A stretch of DNA of 64,000 bases from a virus. This document shows positions 19,052-27,991 of the stretch, in pieces (within the stretch, counting starts at the first letter, position 1; every line of letters starts with the position of its first letter). The stretch lies in IMG/VR virus record IMGVR_UViG_3300037475_000240, positions 62,876 to 126,875 of that record; one strand, given 5' to 3'. Both the position numbers and the translations under genes were made by a program. Below the pieces are notes generated by a model. The model searched no databases and was not told where the DNA came from. It saw nothing but the letters and a program-made list of their open reading frames with translations.

Positions 19052-20250
19052 TTTTCGTTTTCCTCTTTATATTCTTTATAAATTTCCATAGCCAATTCTA
19101 TGTAATCTGATCGCTTACTATCTTCTATATAATTTTCAGCATATGCTTTAATAGCTGAAGTTACATCCATCTTAGTATCAATTTTATTATTAATGTTTCT
19201 TTTAACTAAAGAAATCTTTTTAGATTCTGAGATGGATGAAATATTAAATACGCCCAACTCTAATAAATATTTTTCAATCAAAGATTTATTAACGGAATCA
19301 AGCTCTGGAGCAGCCAAAGAAAGTTCTAACTTAATTATAGATTTATTAAGATCTTCTTTTTTACCCTTAATCTCATCAATAACATATTGAGTTGGATTTT
19401 TAGTATCTTTAGGAATTGTTATAGAATATTTTTTTAAAGTACGTGTTGGTAAATCAATTAAAACAAAGTCATCTGACTCTGAATCACAATCAAAAATAAC
19501 TATACTCTTTGTATGATCTGTTTCACCAAAATTAGAAATATCCATACTTCCAACATGAGCAATATAAGGTTTCTTTTTTTTCATCACTTGTGGTTTATGG
19601 ACATGCCCCATCCAAACATAATCATAGCCTTCAAACATATCTGTTGGACAAAATAGCTCATTAGTAATATCATCAATTTCATCGCCGACTGGAATTGATC
19701 CTTCTATAGCTAAGTGTCCAACTATAACTTTTTTATAAGTTATTGGTATACCTGCCAACTCATATACTAAAGAATCCTTTAATAAAACCATTGCTTCTGC
19801 ATTTGAGGTAGTCCCAAAAGATTTTCTATCTCTAAACGGCATTAAAGTGAAAGCTGTTGTTCCAATAAAAACAGTATTAATATTTTTATGAACAGTTACG
19901 TTTGGTAGATCTACTTCTCCAATGATATCTAGACAAGATGTAAATACTGATCCACTACGTAACATATCATGATTGCCTAAAATAATATGCACATTAACAC
20001 TATTAGTTTCACATTTCTTTAACCAAGAAATAAAAACTGCAATAAGTGTAGGATGTGGTTTAGGATCTTCAAATATATCGCCAGTAATAATGATATCATC
20101 AATATCACGATCAATAGCTTGATCTAAAGTCCAATCAAGTAAATTTATTTGATCAACAATTCTACTATTTAAATTTGCACCAATACTTGTTTTTCCGATT
20201 GAAATCGATTTTCCAAGATGTACATCGCCTAAAATTATAACTTGTAGCAT
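19048..20250 (-). CDS. sbcD: SbcD/Mre11 (gp47-like) nuclease
   Basis: GDVHLG, TGDIF, GNHD, VGH, MGHVH. Confidence 0.9.
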   Translation of the reverse strand: MLQVIILGDVHLGKSISIGKTSIGANLNSRIVDQINLLDWTLDQAIDRDIDDIIITGDIFEDPKPHPTLIAVFISWLKKCETNSVNVHIILGNHDMLRSGSVFTSCLDIIGEVDLPNVTVHKNINTVFIGTTAFTLMPFRDRKSFGTTSNAEAMVLLKDSLVYELAGIPITYKKVIVGHLAIEGSIPVGDEIDDITNELFCPTDMFEGYDYVWMGHVHKPQVMKKKKPYIAHVGSMDISNFGETDHTKSIVIFDCDSESDDFVLIDLPTRTLKKYSITIPKDTKNPTQYVIDEIKGKKEDLNKSIIKLELSLAAPELDSVNKSLIEKYLLELGVFNISSISESKKISLVKRNINNKIDTKMDVTSAIKAYAENYIEDSKRSDYIELAMEIYKEYKEENEK

Positions 20251-20867
20251 GGTGAATAAGAATCTATTATGTAAATAAATTTACCAATAGTTGACTTTAA
20301 TCTTTCATTATTAGTTAACTTGTGTTTATGGTTCATCTGATCATATAACGAGCAAATATGTTCGATAAATACTTCCGATTTTTCGTCAAAATGAGATTGA
20401 CGAAAAATTCTCACAGCACTAGAAAATTTTATCATTAATTCAAGTGTTTCTCCAACATCTTGAATATCTAAAAAATTAGAATCATCAAATGATGATTCGA
20501 AAAGTGATAATATTTTATGGGCAGCATCTACTTTAGATGTTCCTTCTAATTTACAAACAAAATCTGTTGTCTTACTACCTGCAGTACAACCATAGCAATA
20601 AAAACTATTTGTTTCTGGAAAAATCTGAAATGATGGAGTTTTTTCCCGCCCACCTTTATGACTTTTAAATGGACAAATTATTTTAGTAACGCCTGAAGTT
20701 AATTTAGGATTATAATATTTAATAACTCGATAAATTGAAACGCTATTAGCTTGAGCTATTAATCTTTGATAATAGTCTTGTCCTGTAAAAGCGCCTGCAA
20801 GATCTCCATCCTCCCAAGATGTCTTGCCTTCACTATCGGATCTTCTGGAGTTTGATAATTCGCACAT
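20235..20867 (-). CDS. CHC2 zinc-finger protein (primase zinc-binding domain only)
   Basis: CPFKSH..EKTPSF...FYCYGC; no TOPRIM domain. Confidence 0.75.
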   Translation of the reverse strand: MCELSNSRRSDSEGKTSWEDGDLAGAFTGQDYYQRLIAQANSVSIYRVIKYYNPKLTSGVTKIICPFKSHKGGREKTPSFQIFPETNSFYCYGCTAGSKTTDFVCKLEGTSKVDAAHKILSLFESSFDDSNFLDIQDVGETLELMIKFSSAVRIFRQSHFDEKSEVFIEHICSLYDQMNHKHKLTNNERLKSTIGKFIYIIDSYSPCYKL

Positions 20868-20938
20868 GATTGTGAATATTTACTAAAAATTTCCTTTTCT
20901 TCGGCAAAAAGATTTAACAATACTTGTTTGGTTATCAT
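20759..20938 (-). CDS. Small hypothetical protein (59 aa), absent from the ORF track
   Basis: Hand translation MITKQVLLNLFAEEKEIFSKY...KTIIKD*; starts 6 nt after the upstream stop. Confidence 0.5.
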   Translation of the reverse strand: MITKQVLLNLFAEEKEIFSKYSQSCANYQTPEDPIVKARHLGRMEILQALLQDKTIIKD

Positions 20939-20944
20939 AACAAC

Positions 20945-21448
20945 TTATTCATTAGTTTTAATACCGTCAAGAGGCAACAATTCTTTTACAATAGATTTTA
21001 AATTATTATTTTCTAACTTTTTCTCCAATAAAGAGATTTTATATTCTAAATCATTAATTTTATTATTTTGAGATAAAGAAACTTTTAACAATAAAGTTAT
21101 CCACCCTAAAGATCCCATTCCCTCTTGTTCAGCAGGATCATTATTAATATCTATAGCTAACTGTACCATAGAGGTAATAATTTCTTGTTCCATTTCACGA
21201 ACAAATAAACTTTTATTTTGTTTTAAAGTTTTATCTTGAAGTAATCCAATATATTTTTTAGATAGCTCCGCACCATCAGCTCTATATCCAGATAATTTAT
21301 CTTGGGTTTTTTTAACTCTATTGTCTAAATCTTTCTGAGTAGGTTTTTTAGGCATATCATCAAAAATAGATTTTTGAGAACTTGCTTTTTTTAAACCCGA
21401 TTTTTTAGGAGGTAAAACTTCTTCTTGTGATTCTTCGTCAAATGGCAT
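20945..21448 (-). CDS. Hypothetical coiled-coil protein
   Basis: 167 aa, AAGGA RBS. Confidence 0.6.
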   Translation of the reverse strand: MPFDEESQEEVLPPKKSGLKKASSQKSIFDDMPKKPTQKDLDNRVKKTQDKLSGYRADGAELSKKYIGLLQDKTLKQNKSLFVREMEQEIITSMVQLAIDINNDPAEQEGMGSLGWITLLLKVSLSQNNKINDLEYKISLLEKKLENNNLKSIVKELLPLDGIKTNE

Positions 21449-21456
21449 ATTAATCC

Positions 21457-21741
21457 TTAACCAATTGGTTGTTCAGTATAAGAAATAGCAAGAAATCTTC
21501 CTGCATTTTCTACTTTATAAGAAGATCCTAAAGCATTTTCAAGAGCAGGTAAAATAGAAGACACTGTATATGTAACATATAATTTACTTGGCTCGATTGA
21601 TGTTGGAACACAATATTGATTAACTAATTGATTTGGTAAGGTAAACATATTAATTTGTTTATCCTTAATTTCTTCCCAAATTTTCTCAGCATTTGTCTTT
21701 GCTTTACTTTCGCCTTTAACTTTATTTTCTTTATTTTCCAT
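21457..21741 (-). CDS. Hypothetical protein
   Basis: Likely start ATG 21741 (MENKENK) with GGAG RBS. Confidence 0.6.
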   Translation of the reverse strand: MENKENKVKGESKAKTNAEKIWEEIKDKQINMFTLPNQLVNQYCVPTSIEPSKLYVTYTVSSILPALENALGSSYKVENAGRFLAISYTEQPIG

Positions 21742-21766
21742 AATCTCTCCAAAAAAAATGATAGTA

Positions 21767-22075
21767 TCAAGATTTACATATATCAACAAACGCCGCTTTA
21801 ATTACTGAAGTTAATATTAATCCTTCTAAACGCTTAATTTCTTTGCCATTATTTAAAATAATGATAGTTGGAATAGAACTAATTCCAAATCTTTTAATAA
21901 ATGGTTTAAATCCATCAACATCTACAGCAAAAAAATCTATATCTTTATATTTTTGTTCCATTTTAGAAACCATATTAACCATCTTTTTATGATATGGCAT
22001 CCATGATGCATAAAAATATAATGTTTGAAGTTTTGGTTTTAAAATCAATCCTTCTTCTGAAGATAAGAATAACAT
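21767..22075 (-). CDS. Thioredoxin-fold protein lacking CxxC
   Basis: FYASWMPYHK in place of WCxxC; VDVD, ISSIPT, GKEIKR. Confidence 0.7.
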   Translation of the reverse strand: MLFLSSEEGLILKPKLQTLYFYASWMPYHKKMVNMVSKMEQKYKDIDFFAVDVDGFKPFIKRFGISSIPTIIILNNGKEIKRLEGLILTSVIKAAFVDICKS

Positions 22076-22317
22076 TAATTATCCGTATTTTTTTTAGTAA
22101 TGGTTCCCAAAGTTTCCAATAATTTATCTAAGTCTCCAGGTACCTGAGCCTTTTGCAAAATAGCTTTCAATATATTATTGGAAACTTCTTTAATTTCAAC
22201 AGAAAATTCTTCGTTAGTAAAGTATCCCTTACGAACTAAAATATTTTGCATAGATTGCAATCTTAAAATTGCATCAGCAACCAAAACATCACTTGTTGTT
22301 TCTTTTTTATCAGACAT
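22075..22317 (-). CDS. Hypothetical protein
   Basis: 80 aa, translationally coupled. Confidence 0.6.
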   Translation of the reverse strand: MSDKKETTSDVLVADAILRLQSMQNILVRKGYFTNEEFSVEIKEVSNNILKAILQKAQVPGDLDKLLETLGTITKKNTDN

Positions 22318-22854
22318 TTAACCTCGGCAACATTTTTTGTATTTTTTACCAGATCCACAATAACACGGATCATTAGGTCCGATTTTTGATTTATTAATAA
22401 TAGATTCTGGTTTTTGTAAAATATGATCTATAAATAATATTGAGTTTAAGTGATCTATCTCATGTTGACAAACTACACCTAATAATCCGGTAATTATAAG
22501 TCTTTCAGATTTAATGAAATTATTAGTAATATGAACTTCATTAAATCTAGTTGTATCCTCTACTCTTCCAGGAAAAGATAAACATCCTTCTTGCCTAAAC
22601 ATAAGCGGATCAAATCCAGCATCAATGATAGGATTAACCAAATTAATATTTAAATCACTAACATTGCCTAATCTAACAATAGCAATTTTTTTAGCAACCC
22701 CGATTTGGGGTGCAGCTAAACCAATACCACCTTTACCTAATCTATTGGCATTAGCAAGTTCACTCTCCAAAAGAGCAACTAATTCACCAACTTCTCCTGG
22801 TAAAACCTCTTCACATTTTACACGAAGAGCCTCTTCATTATTTATGATAATCAT
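22318..22854 (-). CDS. def: Peptide deformylase with C-terminal SEC-C motif
   Basis: GIGLAAPQIG, EGCLS, QHEIDHL; ends GPNDPCYCGSGKKYKKCC. Confidence 0.93.
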   Translation of the reverse strand: MIIINNEEALRVKCEEVLPGEVGELVALLESELANANRLGKGGIGLAAPQIGVAKKIAIVRLGNVSDLNINLVNPIIDAGFDPLMFRQEGCLSFPGRVEDTTRFNEVHITNNFIKSERLIITGLLGVVCQHEIDHLNSILFIDHILQKPESIINKSKIGPNDPCYCGSGKKYKKCCRG

Positions 22855-22881
22855 ATAAATTCTATATATCAGGCGTTAATT

Positions 22882-23088
22882 TTATCGCTTACACGACCCG
22901 CAACCACCAAATTTATGTTTTGTTGTTACTGAATTTTGAATTTTCTTTAAACATGCAGAACATTGCTTTGCCGTAGCTGAACAAGTATCACAAATTACAC
23001 AAATAGTATTTGTAACGGATGACTGGCATCTCATGCAAACTTTGTTGGTATATTGATACGATAACTTAGTACAACCTTGACAAAACAT
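22882..23088 (-). CDS. Cys-rich small protein
   Basis: Five CxxC motifs in 68 aa. Confidence 0.6.
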   Translation of the reverse strand: MFCQGCTKLSYQYTNKVCMRCQSSVTNTICVICDTCSATAKQCSACLKKIQNSVTTKHKFGGCGSCKR

Positions 23089-23097
23089 ATTAAACTC

Positions 23098-23121
23098 TTA
23101 TTAATATTATAATATTAATAA
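23098..23121. repeat. Perfect 24-bp palindrome between divergent genes
   Basis: TTATTAATATTATAATATTAATAA equals its own reverse complement. Confidence 0.8.
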
Positions 23122-23134
23122 AGATGGAGGTTAC

Positions 23135-23284
23135 ATGTTTCCGTTTTATCCATTTATTTACGAAAAATATAAAAAAGAAGAATTTCAACAAATCCCACTT
23201 TATATAGAGGATTATTTTCCTTTAGAAGAGATTAAAAAAGAAAATATTGAAGAGGAAACTATAATCATAATAGATTTACTATAA
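23135..23284 (+). CDS. Small acidic protein (49 aa), absent from the ORF track
   Basis: GGAGG RBS; MFPFYPFIYEKYKKEEFQQIPLYIED...IIIIDLL*. Confidence 0.6.
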   Translation: MFPFYPFIYEKYKKEEFQQIPLYIEDYFPLEEIKKENIEEETIIIIDLL

Positions 23285-23512
23285 TTATTTTTTTATAGAA
23301 TCAAGAATTTCTTTAGCTTCATTAAACAATTTTTCTGGATTTAAAAAATAAGATTCTACAATTTGACGTGCTTGACGATAATCATCAGCTGGGTCAGATT
23401 TATCAAGACATGCTTTGCAAATTTTAAAGTTATTAGACAAAGCTATGCTTTCTAATTCATCAACGTTAAACTCAGAGGCACATACTATGCAATTACAGCT
23501 TACTTGTTTCAT
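23285..23512 (-). CDS. Small zinc-finger protein
   Basis: CIVC...CKAC. Confidence 0.55.
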   Translation of the reverse strand: MKQVSCNCIVCASEFNVDELESIALSNNFKICKACLDKSDPADDYRQARQIVESYFLNPEKLFNEAKEILDSIKK

Positions 23513-23644
23513 GGTCAGTCCTATATATCAGAGAGACTATTTATTATTCGTAAATATTGAATGATATTCAGGATAATAATAAATATGACCATTTTATATA
23601 TTTCTATTAAAATAGGTAAATTTGTTTATTATTAAACACTTAAC

Positions 23645-24157
23645 TCAATTTGTTCCCAAAAAATCGTCCCAACCATCGTGCCAATATTCTTGCGGATCAG
23701 CAACATAAAGTGCAGAAGAAAAAGATGGATGTGTTGCTTTTTTCAATAAAACCATATTTGCTTGTTCTGGAGTTCTATCTGCTTTTGTGTTATTGCATAT
23801 TTGGCAACAAACTACACAGTTTGTAAAAGATGTAATTCCACCTTGTGCTCTTGGAAGAACATGGTCAACCGTTACTTGTGATGCAGTTAATTTACGAGCA
23901 CAATATTGACAAGTTGAACGATCTCTTTTAACCAAAGCTTTTCTGCTAAAATTAGAGTTAAAGTAATGTCTTTTGACTGGATTCTTTAATCTTATAATCG
24001 CTGGATGCATTATCTTCTCTTTTCCCCAAGCAATACTGTCTTCCCAACTAGAAACGACTTCAACTTTATCTTTAAATAAAAGTTTAAATACTTTTCTTTC
24101 TGGAATAAAAGAGATAACTTCATAGCCTGCGCTTAATAATAACGTTTTTTTAGACAT
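23645..24157 (-). CDS. HNH endonuclease (McrA-like)
   Basis: RDRSTCQYC...TVDHVLPRAQGG...NCVVCCQICNNTKADRTP. Confidence 0.9.
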   Translation of the reverse strand: MSKKTLLLSAGYEVISFIPERKVFKLLFKDKVEVVSSWEDSIAWGKEKIMHPAIIRLKNPVKRHYFNSNFSRKALVKRDRSTCQYCARKLTASQVTVDHVLPRAQGGITSFTNCVVCCQICNNTKADRTPEQANMVLLKKATHPSFSSALYVADPQEYWHDGWDDFLGTN

Positions 24158-24202
24158 AATATTTTAATAATTCCTTTAAATTAAAGGTCAAGTGGATCTA
24201 AT

Positions 24203-24874
24203 TTATAATAATTTAGCGAGAGAAACGGTAATATCTTCACCATTACAGACTTCATTTCCTATACAAGTCCAACCACTAAGCTCACGGCGAGCAAAGATTT
24301 CTAATTTTTCAACGTCTGGAAACATGATTTCCAAAGAATTTTGAAGATGGTCAGGCTTTTTAGAATGTTTTAAATTCTGATCTAATGATACAGAGCGTTG
24401 TGACTTATTTTTTAAAAGCTTATATATTTTGTTATTGCTAACGCCTATTAAACATATTTCATGAGTTTGTCGAAACAATCTTCCCATGCCAAATGCTAAG
24501 GTTTCATTTAATGAAAAACCTTTAAATATATTTTTAATATCTAATTTTTCTTTTTTTAAATCTTTAATAAGAGATTTTAACAAAGAAATAAGTGGCTGTT
24601 TTTTAGTTTTAACCCAGATATAAGTTTGTTTATGTTTAAATCCCCATGCCTTCATAACATCTAAACCTTCTTGTAATAAAGAAGAAGGAACCCATAAAGC
24701 CAAAATGGCGCCATCAGGAGACGTTATTTCTTTAACTTTTAAATCTTTAATTTGATTAACAGTCATAGTATTGTAATTAGCCAATGCACCACGTGCTACA
24801 TCTGACATTTTAAGTGTATCAGAAAATGACCAAGCAGGATCTGCAACAATAACTTGAAATTTCTTTTTACTCAT
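24203..24874 (-). CDS. MT-A70 family adenine methyltransferase
   Basis: IVADPAW, LALWV, AWGF..K...WVK, HSKKP, LEIFARR..GW..IGNE. Confidence 0.85.
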   Translation of the reverse strand: MSKKKFQVIVADPAWSFSDTLKMSDVARGALANYNTMTVNQIKDLKVKEITSPDGAILALWVPSSLLQEGLDVMKAWGFKHKQTYIWVKTKKQPLISLLKSLIKDLKKEKLDIKNIFKGFSLNETLAFGMGRLFRQTHEICLIGVSNNKIYKLLKNKSQRSVSLDQNLKHSKKPDHLQNSLEIMFPDVEKLEIFARRELSGWTCIGNEVCNGEDITVSLAKLL

Positions 24875-24906
24875 GATCTAATTTATATCAGATCGTCTTA
24901 AAGAAT

Positions 24907-25644
24907 TCACTTAATAATCATAACAGGTAATTCCAAAGGATTAACTGAGCCATCAACTATAATATTGTTTTGAGGTATATCTATTTTATCTTTTGTAATA
25001 GGATCTCTTTTTCTTACAATTATATTATAAGTACCAATTGGTAAAGATGTCATCCATTTACCAGTACCATTTGTTTTTAATTTTTGAACAACTTCAATAC
25101 TTGAAGCATCTATAATTTCAACTTCTGCAAGAAAAACTGATTTTCCATTTTTATCAACAACTCTTTGAACAATAGAAACTACACCAGATCCATGATTAGA
25201 AATTATATTGGATGGCGGAATAATACTTGGTATTTTTTTATTTAAATTTATTGCCTCTTGTGGTACAACAATTTCAACATGATTTCCTTTAGGAACTTGA
25301 ACAGGCATTTTTGTATGTTGTTCTTTTTTATTTGGTTTCTGTAAATAAGAATTATCACCAGAAAATGTTTCTGGTCTTGATGTTCTAGAAAACCCTTTCT
25401 CACTTGGATTACTTGCCATGGATAAAGATTGTTCTGAATTAATTTGTACAGTTGTAGTAGTGTTTACTGTTTCTGCCGTAAATGTAGGAGGAGCTTTATT
25501 TTCTGATAAAATAGATAATAATTTATTAAGTTTATTTGATAAAATTTTATCAGACAAATCTTTACTTCTAATTAAATTTATTAGAACATCTAATTTTTGT
25601 TCAACAGATAAAAGAACATCTGTTGCTTTTCTTTGTTCTGACAC
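24907..25644 (-). CDS. Hypothetical protein with C-terminal Ig/CarboxypepD_reg-like beta domain
   Basis: RVVDKNGKSVFLAEVEI...KTNGTGKW..LPIGTY. Confidence 0.5.
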   Translation of the reverse strand: MSEQRKATDVLLSVEQKLDVLINLIRSKDLSDKILSNKLNKLLSILSENKAPPTFTAETVNTTTTVQINSEQSLSMASNPSEKGFSRTSRPETFSGDNSYLQKPNKKEQHTKMPVQVPKGNHVEIVVPQEAINLNKKIPSIIPPSNIISNHGSGVVSIVQRVVDKNGKSVFLAEVEIIDASSIEVVQKLKTNGTGKWMTSLPIGTYNIIVRKRDPITKDKIDIPQNNIIVDGSVNPLELPVMIIK

Positions 25645-25653
25645 AAATTCTCC

Positions 25654-26259
25654 TTATCCTAAAAATACTCCAACTTTAATTTTAATTCTTTTAATAACAA
25701 TTAAATCTTCTTCTGGAACAGGAACCCCATCACATAAATTATGCTCTCCAAAAATTAATGCTCTAGTTTCATCTTCAATTTGATCTATTGGACCTGAACA
25801 AATTGGTTCACCTTTAACCAAAAGAAGATAGGAATCAATCTCTAAATCTTCAACAACATTTAACAAATCATCAGAAATAACTTGATTCCTATCTATTCTT
25901 GGTGAAATACCAACAGCATTTTCTGTATAAAATTCATTATTATCAATAAGCTCTTCAGTATCTTGATTAAAAACATCATCTAAAATATTTCCATCTAGTG
26001 ATGCCCAAGTTTGCCCCATACCAACATTTGGTAATGGAATTTGCTTAGGAATCTCAATCTCTCTGATGCCTGGTTGTCTATTTCGATTGGCAGCTTCAGA
26101 AGGAATTGCTATTGGAGTATTTACTGGAACATCCCCACCCCTATATTCTTGCGGCTCAATACCAAGAATTTGGTATTGAGGAACATATGGCTGAACAAGT
26201 TCCGAATTATTTCTCAGCTTATTTTTATAAATTTTTATACCTTTATTCATAAACTCCAA
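25654..26259 (-). CDS. Hypothetical protein
   Basis: 201-aa ORF. Confidence 0.55.
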   Translation of the reverse strand: MEFMNKGIKIYKNKLRNNSELVQPYVPQYQILGIEPQEYRGGDVPVNTPIAIPSEAANRNRQPGIREIEIPKQIPLPNVGMGQTWASLDGNILDDVFNQDTEELIDNNEFYTENAVGISPRIDRNQVISDDLLNVVEDLEIDSYLLLVKGEPICSGPIDQIEDETRALIFGEHNLCDGVPVPEEDLIVIKRIKIKVGVFLG

Positions 26260-26260
26260 A

Positions 26261-26599
26261 TCAATCTAAAGCGTCATTTTTGAATTTATACTTAAGTCCC
26301 TTAAATTCAAGTTCTTTCATTTTTCTGATAGACTCATTACGCTTTCTTCTGCGTTTATCAGAGGGTTTCTCATATGTCTGTTTATCCTTATAGACTGAGA
26401 GTATTCTCTCCTTCTGGACTAGGGCTCTAAAAGCTTTCAAAGCTTTATCAAAGTTATTATTATACACCTTAACTTCTAATGGGCGAGCTTGCAACGGTTG
26501 AATGTGTGCAAACTTATCTTGGCTAATAGATTCACCCCCTTTCAATGCCTTTTTGAAGGGTTTCTTACTTCTATAATTTTCTTTACTCATTCGTATCAA
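26261..26599 (-). CDS. rpsU: Ribosomal protein bS21 with N-terminal extension
   Basis: VKVYNNNFDKALKAFR...ILSVYKDKQTYEKPSDKRRRK. Confidence 0.85.
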   Translation of the reverse strand: MIRMSKENYRSKKPFKKALKGGESISQDKFAHIQPLQARPLEVKVYNNNFDKALKAFRALVQKERILSVYKDKQTYEKPSDKRRRKRNESIRKMKELEFKGLKYKFKNDALD

Positions 26600-26623
26600 C
26601 TAACCTATATTTAACTTTCGTTA

Positions 26624-27991
26624 TCACGTCAAATATTTTTCGGTATCGACCGTTTTATCGCTACCTAAAATATTTTTATCTTTAATTAAACACTGTAACA
26701 CTTTATTCACATCAGCTTTAGTAGGGGCTTTTCTATTATTAGAAATAACTTCATACATAGAGGAGATGTAAAGCTCTTTTAGATGGACATATGAAAATCC
26801 ATATTTTACTGAAACTATGGATAGTCTCTTATACTCGGCATCAGGAAGCAATTTTCCAAACCACTTCTTAAGATATATATAAGCCATTTTCTGATTTGGT
26901 AGTGGTATTTCAAATTTTCTATCAAATCTTGACGGTCTATCTGTAATTGATGATTTTAATTTTTTAATTTCATTGGCGGTGGCAACAATAAATAATCCAT
27001 TTTTAGATGCGACACCATCCATTAAATTCAAAAAAGAAGATAAATCAACTTTTTGAAATAAAGAATCCAAATCTTCAAAATACAATAAAGCTGGACTTTG
27101 ATTCTCAGAATAAGAAAATGCTTCTCTTACAGTATCATCATTTGCATTAGATGTAATCGTAACTGGTTTAAAATTATATACTGATATTAAAGTTCTAATT
27201 AAAGAAGTTTTTCCATTACCTGGCTTACCATACAATAAAATCCCCCTTTTCCAAGGAATCTTTTTAGATAAATAAAAATCTTTACTTGATAAAAATCCTT
27301 CAACAACAGACTTTAATTCTGTTTTAAGATCTTCTGGAAAAAACAAATCATTCCAAGAATGATCTTTAGTATAAGGAATATCGTCTCCATCAATAACTCT
27401 AATATGAAGATTGCTTCTATCTCTTTGTTGCACCCAATCATCAAATTCATTTCTTATTTCAACATAACTATCATAATTGGAATTTGAACAAAGAACAAAA
27501 AAGCTTACTTCATCTTCATGCTGATTACCCTTATGATAAAGAGCGGCATGAATAAATTCACAATTTTTATATTCAATTTTAAATACACCTTGAACAAAAT
27601 ATTTTTCAAAATTATTATCTGTTTTCCAGGAAATAATTGCATCCTTATACAGACAAGTAATTTTTACTTTTTTCTCTTTAGCAAAAGCTATAAACTGACC
27701 GTCAATAATTACTCTATTGTGCACAAATCTATTTATATTTGATGTATCTTTTAGATGCTTTTTAAAATTTTCCTCTGTCCATTTCATTAATTCTAAAAAG
27801 CTCTCGCGAGGACGAGAAGATTCAAAATCTAAGTCTCCAGGACTTCTCTTATCTTGAGGCACTCTAAACAAAGAATTTAACGATTCTTTTGATAGATTTT
27901 CTTGTTGTTCAACAGTGGTATTTGTTAGAAACTGCGAAATTTCAGTTTTATTCATTAAAAATAAACTCATTCTTTCTTTAAATTTAAACAT
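26624..27991 (-). CDS. AAA+ ATPase
   Basis: KRGILLYGKPGNGKT, FEDLD, FLNLMDG, ATAN, RPSRFDRK. Confidence 0.88.
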   Translation of the reverse strand: MFKFKERMSLFLMNKTEISQFLTNTTVEQQENLSKESLNSLFRVPQDKRSPGDLDFESSRPRESFLELMKWTEENFKKHLKDTSNINRFVHNRVIIDGQFIAFAKEKKVKITCLYKDAIISWKTDNNFEKYFVQGVFKIEYKNCEFIHAALYHKGNQHEDEVSFFVLCSNSNYDSYVEIRNEFDDWVQQRDRSNLHIRVIDGDDIPYTKDHSWNDLFFPEDLKTELKSVVEGFLSSKDFYLSKKIPWKRGILLYGKPGNGKTSLIRTLISVYNFKPVTITSNANDDTVREAFSYSENQSPALLYFEDLDSLFQKVDLSSFLNLMDGVASKNGLFIVATANEIKKLKSSITDRPSRFDRKFEIPLPNQKMAYIYLKKWFGKLLPDAEYKRLSIVSVKYGFSYVHLKELYISSMYEVISNNRKAPTKADVNKVLQCLIKDKNILGSDKTVDTEKYLT

